In this document: in pieces, positions 1-8,650 of the stretch
Layout of the letters: every line of letters starts with the position of its first letter
Numbering within the stretch: position 1 is the stretch's first letter
NCBI GenBank assembly: GCA_041191865.1
Contig: JBEEOB010000010.1
Location: 2,306-66,305, forward strand
Origin: Bacteroidota bacterium
GTDB taxonomy: Bacteria > Bacteroidota > Bacteroidia > Cytophagales > Spirosomataceae
Reading direction: 5' to 3'
Length of the DNA: 64,000 nt
Made by a program: the position numbers and the translations under genes
The notes under the pieces: generated by a model
Databases searched by the model: none
What the model was told of the DNA's origin: nothing
The model's input: only the letters and a program-made list of their open reading frames with translations

Positions 1-30
1 ACCTGGGTGATATTCCATCCAGGTTTTTTT
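1..30. terminator. Rho-independent terminator-like hairpin at window edge
   Basis: ACCTGGGTG-ATATTC-CATCCAGGT followed by a T-run on +, abutting the stop of the convergent 29..628 gene. Confidence 0.6.
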
Positions 31-628
31 ATAAACCTTTCCGAACAATAATTTTCTTTGTAGCGACTGACCGACCATCGATAGACAATTGGTACAAATA
101 CATGCCTGAAGAAAAATCACGCAAGGAAATCCGAAGTGTTTTTTGGTCCCGATCTAATGCAAATTCCTTCACCTGCTCCCCTAAGACATTGTAAAAACCT
201 AATCGCAATTCCTGATTACCTACAACCTGATAATCGATATCCAGAAAATCAGATGCTGGATTTGGATAGGCATGTGAAACTTGAATGCGGTCGTTATAAA
301 ATAAATAATTGCTGTTATTGCTATTCTCCTCCACCAACTTGCGATCCTGAACTTGACTTGCAATCGTAGTAGATGAAGGTTTTGCAAAACTGGATTTCAT
401 GATTTGGGTCACGTAGGAGTTCTGTCTCAAATCAAGTGAAGTCTGCAAGGCAGGATTCACATGAAACGAACGCTTAGCTAACAAAATAGGCAAATTGACA
501 CGCTGTGCAGTCCGCTGAATCGTTAAACGAGATTTCGATTTTCCCTCAGTTTGCGCATGCAAAAATATGGGGGTTAAATACCCGAGCAGCAAAGCGAAAA
601 AGAAAGTGTTACGTACAGCTTGAATCAT
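29..628 (-). CDS. T9SS type A sorting domain-containing secreted protein
   Basis: Signal peptide; C-terminal AYPNPAS...YNVLGEQV...SSGMYLYQL...KKIIV CTD motifs. Confidence 0.85.
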   Translation of the reverse strand: MIQAVRNTFFFALLLGYLTPIFLHAQTEGKSKSRLTIQRTAQRVNLPILLAKRSFHVNPALQTSLDLRQNSYVTQIMKSSFAKPSSTTIASQVQDRKLVEENSNNSNYLFYNDRIQVSHAYPNPASDFLDIDYQVVGNQELRLGFYNVLGEQVKEFALDRDQKTLRISLRDFSSGMYLYQLSIDGRSVATKKIIVRKGL

Positions 629-721
629 AGGATAATCGAATAATCAAAGGTAATCCTTTCATGCAAACAAAAATCCCTTCAATAGGTAAACGGCCAAAAT
701 CCAGTGACAAAATGCCGAATT

Positions 722-2260
722 TTAAGGTTTTTTAACAGTCGGCGTCTGCTTGACACGCTCCATAACCATCGGCAATGTGATTTTTTCCTTAGCCCGCCAA
801 TTAAACCCGTCCAAATATTCAAGCTCTTCTTTCCACTCTTTGGGCGGTACGAATTTCGCTTCGGGTTTCGTGATAAACGAAATCTTGTTGATTTTATTTT
901 CTAAGAAATAGAGATTCATTCGACTGCATTCGACTCGATTTAAACCGGTGGTATTTTTCTTGTCATCAACCACATAATAGACGCTCTCGCCATTGCCGTC
1001 TACTTGTACTTTTTTCAATCGAGCATCATCCGCAAAAAAAAACCACATTTTGCGTCCTTTAATTTGATTAAAATGATCTGCCGAATCTTTGGAAATAACG
1101 AAAGAATGTCCTCGTAATCGCATCTCACGCATTTTTTGATTGGTCATGTACATGGAGACGGAATCTGCTTGCAATTGGGAATCATTCGTCCAAAGCAGCG
1201 GCTTTTGATAGAAATGAATCACGGAATCTTTGGTGTCATAACCCAAGGAATCGCATTTTCCGGAAAAATCAGATTTAAAGATTAGGACATTCTTATAGGC
1301 ATACAATTTCCGGGTAGAATCGGTTTTATTTTGCATCGAAACCAGTGTGTCTGCAGTCAAATACAAGGTATCTTTCTCGCCAATGTTTCGCATCAACGCG
1401 TGCCCATAAACCCGCGTAATTCCCGTCTTTCCGGCATACCGACCGTGGTCACCTGTCAAAATCACCTTTTGTTTTTGGCTCAAAAACTCCACCCTACCGC
1501 GCGCTACCCCAATCTGCGTAGGACTATCATAAAATAAGGTATCAGCCGAAAGTATGTATTCGTCCGTTTTGGCGGTCGACCGACCCGTGAAATTTGACAC
1601 TTTGGTCTGCGTATTATAAAAGCCCGCGTTCGTTAAGACCGTATCCTTTTTCGTAATAATTTCCGTAGGCGCAATAAAATATGCCTCCTTAGATGCCGTA
1701 TTGTATTTTAGCGAATCTGCCTGCAGTTTTCCTCCCTCCTTATCCAAAACGCGCACCTTTTCCTTAAAAAGAAAGTTTTTGGTAACGGTATTGTAAAACC
1801 CTTCCCGACTCGACAAGGTTGATTTCTTGTCGATAATCTTTGCTCCCGAATGGTAAATTGCCATACGTGAATTCATATCATAATCTAACTTATTCGTCGT
1901 TAGAATAATAGTGTGGTCATCTAATTTAACTTTCCCGGAAATATATGCCTGCCGCGAATCCCCAATATAAACTGCCGTATCCCCCGTAATGGTCACCGTA
2001 TCCGCTTGAATGATTTTCACATGGCCATAGGCCTCTACATTATTGGTAGAGCTATTTAATACCGCTTGATCGCAAGCAAGCGTTGTGGTTCCTTGACGAA
2101 GAAATACCCGTCCAATCAAGGTTTTGCGCATTATCAACTCCTGTTGCATACCATTGAGACTGTCAGCGCGAATGACCTCGAGCTGGCTCTGCGCAAGCAG
2201 GCAGGCCGGGAGCATCAAAAAGAAAAAGAGGAATAATCCGTATTTTTGCCGCATGTTCAT
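722..2260 (-). CDS. OstA/LptA-like beta-jellyroll repeat protein
   Basis: Signal peptide; repeated ADSLxY / CDxAV / GHVKI OstA-type motifs. Confidence 0.8.
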   Translation of the reverse strand: MNMRQKYGLFLFFFLMLPACLLAQSQLEVIRADSLNGMQQELIMRKTLIGRVFLRQGTTTLACDQAVLNSSTNNVEAYGHVKIIQADTVTITGDTAVYIGDSRQAYISGKVKLDDHTIILTTNKLDYDMNSRMAIYHSGAKIIDKKSTLSSREGFYNTVTKNFLFKEKVRVLDKEGGKLQADSLKYNTASKEAYFIAPTEIITKKDTVLTNAGFYNTQTKVSNFTGRSTAKTDEYILSADTLFYDSPTQIGVARGRVEFLSQKQKVILTGDHGRYAGKTGITRVYGHALMRNIGEKDTLYLTADTLVSMQNKTDSTRKLYAYKNVLIFKSDFSGKCDSLGYDTKDSVIHFYQKPLLWTNDSQLQADSVSMYMTNQKMREMRLRGHSFVISKDSADHFNQIKGRKMWFFFADDARLKKVQVDGNGESVYYVVDDKKNTTGLNRVECSRMNLYFLENKINKISFITKPEAKFVPPKEWKEELEYLDGFNWRAKEKITLPMVMERVKQTPTVKKP

Positions 2261-2311
2261 CGCGAATCGTTAATTTCGCATCATCAATTGAACGCGCAAT
2301 TTACCAATTTT

Positions 2312-3643
2312 ATGCTGGAAGATTTCATCCATTTTATCCAAAAAGAGAATTTATTTCAACCCGAAGACAAAATCCTCGTTGCCGTTAGTGGCGGGATAGA
2401 TTCGGTCGTATTAGCTAAACTATGCTCGTTGGCAAAATTCAATTTTGGTATTGCACATGTGAACTTCAGTTTGCGTGGGGAAGAATCCTTGGCAGACGAG
2501 GTATTCGTGAAGAAATTCGCAAAAACCCTGAAAGTACCTTACCACAGCATCGTGTTCGACACGAAGGCCTTTGCGGAAAAAGAGAAAATTTCCACGCAGA
2601 TGGCGGCTCGATTATTACGCTACAATTGGTTCGAAGAAATCCGCCAACAGGAAGGATATCAATACATTGCGACCGCCCACCATCAGTTGGATAGCGCTGA
2701 AACCGTATTGATTAATTTAACGCGAGGAAGTGGTTTGGCAGGATTTCATGGCATTCCACTAAAGAATGGCCACATCATCCGACCGATGTTGTTTGCCAAT
2801 CAAGAACAAATATTTGATTTAGTGGTTGAAAAACGTTTGGCATGGCGCGAAGATTCCTCCAATGAATCAACAAAATACCAGCGCAATTTCATACGTCACG
2901 AGATTATGCCCAAGTTTCAAGAGCTCAATGCTACTTTTGATGAAACCTTGGCACAAACCAGTGAACGCATTCGTGATATCGAGGCATGGATTCATGAAGA
3001 ATATACGCTATGGCAAGAAGCGAATATCAAACGTGATGCAGCTAAGAACCTTTTCGTTCAATTGAATGAAAAATCAGCCAAGGAGAAAGTCATGCAACAA
3101 CGCTGGCTACAAAGCCTCGCTTTTAACGGTGACCAAATCGCCCAAATCATAAATCATCCTGCGGATAAAGTTGGCAAGATCTTCGAATCCCCCCTTTTTA
3201 CGTTAAATATCGACCGTAAGCAATGGGTCATAAGCCCCAAAGACCAGTCGGAGTACAAACCCATTTTAGTCCAAGAAGAAGACGAAATCATCGACTTAGG
3301 ACATCATGAACTACACATTTATGTGGAAGAAAAAACGGATGACTTTAAAGTTCCTTCAGAAGCTACGATAGCCTGCTTGGATGCGGATAGCCTAACTTTT
3401 CCATTAGAAATTCGCAAGACGCAAGAAGGCGACTGGTTTTGTCCACTCGGCTTGAATTCCAAGAAACTTATTTCAGATTTTCTGACCGATAAAAAAGTAG
3501 CGCTAAATCTTAAGAAAACGACCTTATTAATGCTCAGCAAAGGTTCTGTTGCTTGGATTGTGGGCCATCGGATAGATAATCGATTCAAGGTTTCTGATAA
3601 AACTGAAACAGTGATGATTTTCGAATTAAAACCGAAGGTCTAA
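2312..3643 (+). CDS. tilS: tRNA(Ile)-lysidine synthetase
   Basis: VAVSGGIDS PP-loop, ATAHH, IIRPML, REDSSN; start moved to ATG 2312 (MLEDFIHF). Confidence 0.95.
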   Translation: MLEDFIHFIQKENLFQPEDKILVAVSGGIDSVVLAKLCSLAKFNFGIAHVNFSLRGEESLADEVFVKKFAKTLKVPYHSIVFDTKAFAEKEKISTQMAARLLRYNWFEEIRQQEGYQYIATAHHQLDSAETVLINLTRGSGLAGFHGIPLKNGHIIRPMLFANQEQIFDLVVEKRLAWREDSSNESTKYQRNFIRHEIMPKFQELNATFDETLAQTSERIRDIEAWIHEEYTLWQEANIKRDAAKNLFVQLNEKSAKEKVMQQRWLQSLAFNGDQIAQIINHPADKVGKIFESPLFTLNIDRKQWVISPKDQSEYKPILVQEEDEIIDLGHHELHIYVEEKTDDFKVPSEATIACLDADSLTFPLEIRKTQEGDWFCPLGLNSKKLISDFLTDKKVALNLKKTTLLMLSKGSVAWIVGHRIDNRFKVSDKTETVMIFELKPKV

Positions 3644-3646
3644 CAC

Positions 3647-3681
3647 TACCTTTGGCAAACCTTGGAGGATTGCCAAAGGTA
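3647..3681. repeat. Intergenic palindrome (terminator or REP-like) between convergent genes
   Basis: TACCTTTGGCAA ... TTGCCAAAGGTA perfect 12-bp inverted repeat. Confidence 0.65.
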
Positions 3682-3720
3682 AAGGGGAAAAAGAACTTTA
3701 TAGCCCCTAAAACTGATAAT

Positions 3721-4629
3721 CTACCTGATTAATTTTCGATACGTTTCAGTCCGAATGGGATCTAACAAACTTAGGTAAGCAAAGGCTTGTTGGCGCTCAG
3801 ACGCACCCGCCTCATCCAAGATAGAGAAGATCTCCTCACTCTTGGCATCAAAAAACACACGAATACTTGCAGCACCCGGTCGAATCTGATTGATCTGCCG
3901 AATCTGCATCAATAAATCCAAAATACCCTTCCGAGCCTCATCGGGCTTATCCTTAAATGTATCTAAATGCAAACGGTGATAGGTATAATTCACATCACGC
4001 ATTCCCTGAATTTGTTGGTTCATCAAATTCTCCGAAATCGCGAAACGTGAACGGATGTCGGAGGCATTCCCCCAGCCTGTACCTGAATTTTGAGCCAAAT
4101 TCGTCAAATTTGCCAATTTCTGAACAAAGGCCTCTCCTCCACGCAATCCCATCGAATCGTAATGATAAGCCAAAGACAAATAGGCATAATAGGCCATCAA
4201 TGAGCTTAAATTATCAATAAAGCTATTGTCATTATACGTTATTGGCGTACCCAACTGATACTTAAAATTGAAATTTTTATCGATCATGTTCAAGACCACC
4301 GTTTCATAGGAAGTGCCATAAACAGGTCGCAAAACTTGAATGCGGGCATTTGCCTCAAAATCCCCTTGAGAGCTTGCTTTGGTCAACAATAAATTAATAT
4401 TCACCTTAATTTTCTCTTCGGGAGCAAAATTATCATTGGACCAACGTCGGTTGGACAAAAAATCTTGTAAGGTACGCTGAAGTTCGGAATAGATTTGCGA
4501 GGAGCCTCGCTGCTGATCGAGCTGTAATTGCTCGGTGTTAATCGTTACGCTTGCCTGTAGTTCTTGGGCTTTCATTGCCCAAGAACCGAGACATAATATC
4601 GCGAATAATAGTATGCGAATGGATTTCAT
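3721..4629 (-). CDS. DUF4835 family protein (T9SS-associated PorD-like)
   Basis: Signal peptide then QELQASVTIN; RPVYGTSYET, YHRLHLD, FFDAKSEEI motifs; downstream of rpoZ as usual in Bacteroidota. Confidence 0.8.
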   Translation of the reverse strand: MKSIRILLFAILCLGSWAMKAQELQASVTINTEQLQLDQQRGSSQIYSELQRTLQDFLSNRRWSNDNFAPEEKIKVNINLLLTKASSQGDFEANARIQVLRPVYGTSYETVVLNMIDKNFNFKYQLGTPITYNDNSFIDNLSSLMAYYAYLSLAYHYDSMGLRGGEAFVQKLANLTNLAQNSGTGWGNASDIRSRFAISENLMNQQIQGMRDVNYTYHRLHLDTFKDKPDEARKGILDLLMQIRQINQIRPGAASIRVFFDAKSEEIFSILDEAGASERQQAFAYLSLLDPIRTETYRKLIR

Positions 4630-4650
4630 ATGAAATCAAACGAAAAAAGA

Positions 4651-4977
4651 TTAGTTTTCGTCTGTTCCCTCAGTACGTGCTCTGAAATCTACTTTGTCAG
4701 CCAAAAACTCGTCAATGGCAATCGCACTTGGCTTTGGCATACGCTCGTAGTATTTAGAGATTTCAATTTGCTCACGGTTTTCAAAAATCTCTTCTAAATT
4801 ATCTACCGATGAAGCAAACTCAGATAATTTACCTGATAATTCCTCCTTCATTTTGCTTGAAATCTGACGTGCACGTTGTCCAATTATAGAAATAGACTCG
4901 TATGTATTACCTGTCTTTGCAGCAATTTTATCTACATCACGCGTAATGATTGATGGATTGGTTTGGATCTTAGACAT
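4651..4977 (-). CDS. rpoZ: DNA-directed RNA polymerase subunit omega (Bacteroidota type)
   Basis: TGNTYESISIIGQRARQI and EIFENREQIEISKYYERMPKP; follows bamD. Confidence 0.9.
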   Translation of the reverse strand: MSKIQTNPSIITRDVDKIAAKTGNTYESISIIGQRARQISSKMKEELSGKLSEFASSVDNLEEIFENREQIEISKYYERMPKPSAIAIDEFLADKVDFRARTEGTDEN

Positions 4978-5029
4978 CTCTTTGAATTTTAATTAAGGTT
5001 GCAAAAATAAGATAATTTTCTGAAATAAA

Positions 5030-5920
5030 CTATTGAGGACTTGTGGTCAATTTAGACGTATTCGATTTCTCTTTCTCTAATAACGCTTTCTGTTCAGCCT
5101 CAAATTTGGCAATACGCTCAACTTCTACATTACTTTTTTCATACATCTTCTCCGCATCCTTCAAATAGGAACTTTGTGGATATTTATCTACGAGTTCCAA
5201 ATAAAACTTGGATGCATCTGAATAACGTTCCTTCTGCTTGGATTCAATGGTACTGTTTGCCAAATCAAATTGTGCCAATACCTTTAGGTAAGCCATTTCC
5301 TCATTGTAATCGGAATCTGGAAAATCACGCTGAAAGTTGGTAATTTCAATAACCGAAGACTTCAAAGAAGCCACATTAAAAGGCGATGTCTTATGGTATA
5401 ACTTTGCTTTTTCATAAGCCTTGCGCTCCAACTTGCGACGCAATTCCTTGATCATATTCGAGCATTCATCCTTGAATTTGGTATCCGGATAATTATTCAA
5501 ATAACTCTGCAATTCATTGATGGCAGATAAAGTACCTGTTTGATCCAGGTTATAATTGGGCGAATCTTTATAAAGCGAAAACGCCGACATATAAATGGCT
5601 TCTTCCGCGAATTCACTTCGCGAAAAAACCTCATAAAACTTCTTGAAATGCGCATTCGCTAGGGTGTAATTCCCTAAATTGAAATCACAATAGGCCTGAT
5701 AATAGGTGGCCATTTCTTGAGTCGAATCGCCCTTCATTAAAGGGAGTATCTCATCAAACAAGATACTTGCCTTGTCAAAATCTTTCTTTTTATAATAGTC
5801 CACGGCTGCCTTGTACTTAACAGGCAAACTGGCATTCTTACGGAACTTTTCAAACTTACCACATGAACTCAATCCGAGCAATGCAATAAAACCAACTAGA
5901 ATATAATTTTTCAATTTCAT
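5030..5920 (-). CDS. bamD: Outer membrane protein assembly factor BamD (lipoprotein)
   Basis: Lipobox LSSC, TPR-like helices, SPNYNLDQT motif; ATG 5920 preferred over TTG 5929. Confidence 0.9.
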   Translation of the reverse strand: MKLKNYILVGFIALLGLSSCGKFEKFRKNASLPVKYKAAVDYYKKKDFDKASILFDEILPLMKGDSTQEMATYYQAYCDFNLGNYTLANAHFKKFYEVFSRSEFAEEAIYMSAFSLYKDSPNYNLDQTGTLSAINELQSYLNNYPDTKFKDECSNMIKELRRKLERKAYEKAKLYHKTSPFNVASLKSSVIEITNFQRDFPDSDYNEEMAYLKVLAQFDLANSTIESKQKERYSDASKFYLELVDKYPQSSYLKDAEKMYEKSNVEVERIAKFEAEQKALLEKEKSNTSKLTTSPQ

Positions 5921-5938
5921 AAGCCTCAAATATACGGA

Positions 5939-7693
5939 TTAATTACGACTAAATTGTAAATGGTACAATTGGGCATACAATCCTTCTTGCTTCAATAAAG
6001 CCTCATGCGTTCCTCGTTCCTTTATTTCACCTTTATCCATCACCAAAATCTGATGCGCATTCCGAATGGTGGACAAGCGATGGGCAATCACAACAGCCGT
6101 CCTTCCTTGCATCAGCGTAGCAATCGCTTGTTGAATTAAGCTCTCAGACTCCGAATCAACCGAAGATGTTGCTTCATCTAAAATAATAATTTTGGGATCA
6201 TGCACCATGGCTCGAACAAAAGAAATGAGTTGGCGCTGTCCCACACTCAACGTAGCGCCGCGCTCCATCACCTCATAATCATAACCACCAGGCAAAGAGA
6301 TAATAAAATCATGTACGCCTACCGCCTTAGCAGCCTCTTCAATCTTATCCTGCGAAATCGACGTATCACCTAAGTGAATATTGTAGGCGATGGATGCGCT
6401 AAACAAGAAAACGTCTTGCAAAACCACCGCGATATTTTTACGCAAACTATGAATCTCATAATCTGGCAAGGCTACCCCATCAATTCGAATTTGACCTTCC
6501 TGGCAGTCATACATGCGACCGAGTAATCCAATGATGGATGATTTACCTGCACCTGTCGCACCTACAATCGCCAAAGTTTGTCCCGATGGAACTTCAAAAC
6601 TCACCTTTTTTACGACCCACTCGGGCTCGTTGTAAGCAAAGGTAACATCATCGAATACGATGTTTCCTATCAATTCATCTGCCAAAACCTTTCCATTGTT
6701 CTGAATGTAATCTGTCGAATCCAACAAGGTCAAAATACGCTCCGTGGAAACAATTCCCATTTGCAAGGTATTAAAACGATCCGCAAGCATCCGAATCGGA
6801 CGAAAAAAGAGGTTGATGAACATGATGAAGGCCGTCAAGGTACCCACCGTAATTTGCTCTTTCAAAATATAGGTCGAAGCCATCCAAACAACAAAGCCAG
6901 AACCCACAGCAGAAATCACATCTGCCACTGGAAAATAAACCGAATAGGCCAATATGCCACGAATATTCGCATCGCGGTGATCCTCATTAATTTTGTTGAA
7001 TTTCGCCAATTCCCGCTTTTCGGCATGGAATAATTGCACAATCATCATCCCCGAAATATGCTCTTGCACAAAGGAATTTAAATTCGCCACAGCCACACGC
7101 ACCTCATTAAAGGATTTCTTGATGTATTCTTTAAACACATAGGTCGAAAAAACCATGAAGGGAACCGTCGCTAAAATCACCAAGGTTAAGCGCCAATCGG
7201 TGTAAAACATAACACCGATAATCAAAAATAATTGCAACAAATCCCCAGCAATGGATGCCAAACCTTCTGAAAATACATCATTCAAGGTCTCGATATCAGA
7301 AACCGTCCGAGTAACCAGTCGGCCAATCGGCGTCGCATCAAAAAACGCTAATTTCAAATCTACGATTTTCGCATAAAGTTGAACACGGATATCGCGGATG
7401 ACGGTTTGGCCTAAATATCCTGCTAGATAACTGGTGGAAAATTGCAAACCCGTTTGGGCAAAAAGCACCGCAATCATGATGAAAAACATGCGCAACAATT
7501 CGGCCATTTTGTCTAAACTCACAAAATGGTCAAGCGTATACCGAATCATCAAGGGAATCACAGGCGATACACCCGCCATGCACAGAATAAGTGCCACGAG
7601 AAACCAGAACCGAAATTTATAGGGCTTAATGAAGCCATAAATCCGTCGGATAATCTGCAAATCAACAATTTTTCCGCTTTCCTTATCTTTCAA
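5939..7693 (-). CDS. ABC transporter, fused permease and ATP-binding domains (MsbA/MdlB-like)
   Basis: N-terminal TM helices; GATGAGKS Walker A, LSVGQRQ signature, ILDEATS. Confidence 0.92.
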   Translation of the reverse strand: MKDKESGKIVDLQIIRRIYGFIKPYKFRFWFLVALILCMAGVSPVIPLMIRYTLDHFVSLDKMAELLRMFFIMIAVLFAQTGLQFSTSYLAGYLGQTVIRDIRVQLYAKIVDLKLAFFDATPIGRLVTRTVSDIETLNDVFSEGLASIAGDLLQLFLIIGVMFYTDWRLTLVILATVPFMVFSTYVFKEYIKKSFNEVRVAVANLNSFVQEHISGMMIVQLFHAEKRELAKFNKINEDHRDANIRGILAYSVYFPVADVISAVGSGFVVWMASTYILKEQITVGTLTAFIMFINLFFRPIRMLADRFNTLQMGIVSTERILTLLDSTDYIQNNGKVLADELIGNIVFDDVTFAYNEPEWVVKKVSFEVPSGQTLAIVGATGAGKSSIIGLLGRMYDCQEGQIRIDGVALPDYEIHSLRKNIAVVLQDVFLFSASIAYNIHLGDTSISQDKIEEAAKAVGVHDFIISLPGGYDYEVMERGATLSVGQRQLISFVRAMVHDPKIIILDEATSSVDSESESLIQQAIATLMQGRTAVVIAHRLSTIRNAHQILVMDKGEIKERGTHEALLKQEGLYAQLYHLQFSRN

Positions 7694-7844
7694 TGGTTTC
7701 GATTTTATCGAGTGAGCTGGCTGCGCAAGTTCCGCAACCTTTGGCGCATTGACCCGCCGTTTTACCCCAAAATTGTTGATACACCAATCTACCTAAATAG
7801 AAGAGCGCAGCGGCAAAAATCAAGAAGATGATTATTTGTTCCAT
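7683..7844 (-). CDS. FeoB-associated Cys-rich membrane protein-like small protein (53 aa), absent from ORF track
   Basis: Hand translation: MEQIIIFLIFAAALFYLGRLVYQQFWGKTAGQCAKGCGTCAASSLDKIETIER*; one TM helix plus CxxGCxxC; fills the gap between flanking genes. Confidence 0.85.
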   Translation of the reverse strand: MEQIIIFLIFAAALFYLGRLVYQQFWGKTAGQCAKGCGTCAASSLDKIETIER

Positions 7845-7846
7845 GC

Positions 7847-8650
7847 TTAATCAACAAACCATTTGGCCTGTAAAGTTCCTAAAAATTCATCAAATATTGG
7901 ACCAGCCCCAATGATTTCCCCTTCGAAAATCACGGCATCTCCCCCACTAAAATTGCTGACGCGTCCTCCCGCTTCTTCAATAATAATCTTGCCCGCAGCA
8001 ACATCCCAAGGCTTCAAATTTGCCTCAAAAAATCCTTCAAATCGACCACAAGCCGTGTAGGCCAAATCAATCGCTGCTGCACCCATCCGGCGCAAACCAT
8101 GCGAAGTGCGCATCAATTCCTTCAACAAAGCCAAATATCGATCCTGGTAGGAGAAATCATAATAGGGAAATCCGGTCGCCAACAAACTCTTACTCATAAA
8201 GGCTTGTTGGGACACCTGAATCGTCCGCTCATTCATAAATGCTCCTAGTCCTTTCGCCGCATAAAATAATTCATCGCGGTTGGGCTCATAGATTAATCCC
8301 AAAATCGGCTGTTTCTGGTATATCAATCCAACGGAAACGGCATAAATTGGCAATTGGTGCAAGAAATTCGTGGTGCCATCCAAGGGATCAATCACCCAGT
8401 AATAACCATCCCCTACTTCACTGTAATCCGAAGCTGATTCTTCAGCTACAAAACCCGCTTCTGGGAATATAGCAGTAAGACCTGCTTTCAACCGAGTTTC
8501 AGCCGTTTGATCCACAAAGGAAACCAAATCGTTTGTACCCTTGTATTGGATGTCCGACTCGCCGATGTTGTTCACCATGGATTGAATCCAAACTCCCGTC
8601 TCGCGTACGATCGGTTTTGCATTTTCCAAGATGACAGCTAAGTCGATCAT
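7847..8650 (-). CDS. suhB: Inositol monophosphatase family protein (SuhB-like)
   Basis: WVIDPLDGTTNF and WDVAAG motifs. Confidence 0.88.
   Translation of the reverse strand: MIDLAVILENAKPIVRETGVWIQSMVNNIGESDIQYKGTNDLVSFVDQTAETRLKAGLTAIFPEAGFVAEESASDYSEVGDGYYWVIDPLDGTTNFLHQLPIYAVSVGLIYQKQPILGLIYEPNRDELFYAAKGLGAFMNERTIQVSQQAFMSKSLLATGFPYYDFSYQDRYLALLKELMRTSHGLRRMGAAAIDLAYTACGRFEGFFEANLKPWDVAAGKIIIEEAGGRVSNFSGGDAVIFEGEIIGAGPIFDEFLGTLQAKWFVD

Noticed and set aside
2246-2311. Extended N-termini in the ORF track (tilS, moaC, lutA, GH78, Gfo/Idh/MocA)
   Set aside because: Upstream alternative starts overlap neighbours or promoters; downstream ATGs give family-typical N-termini
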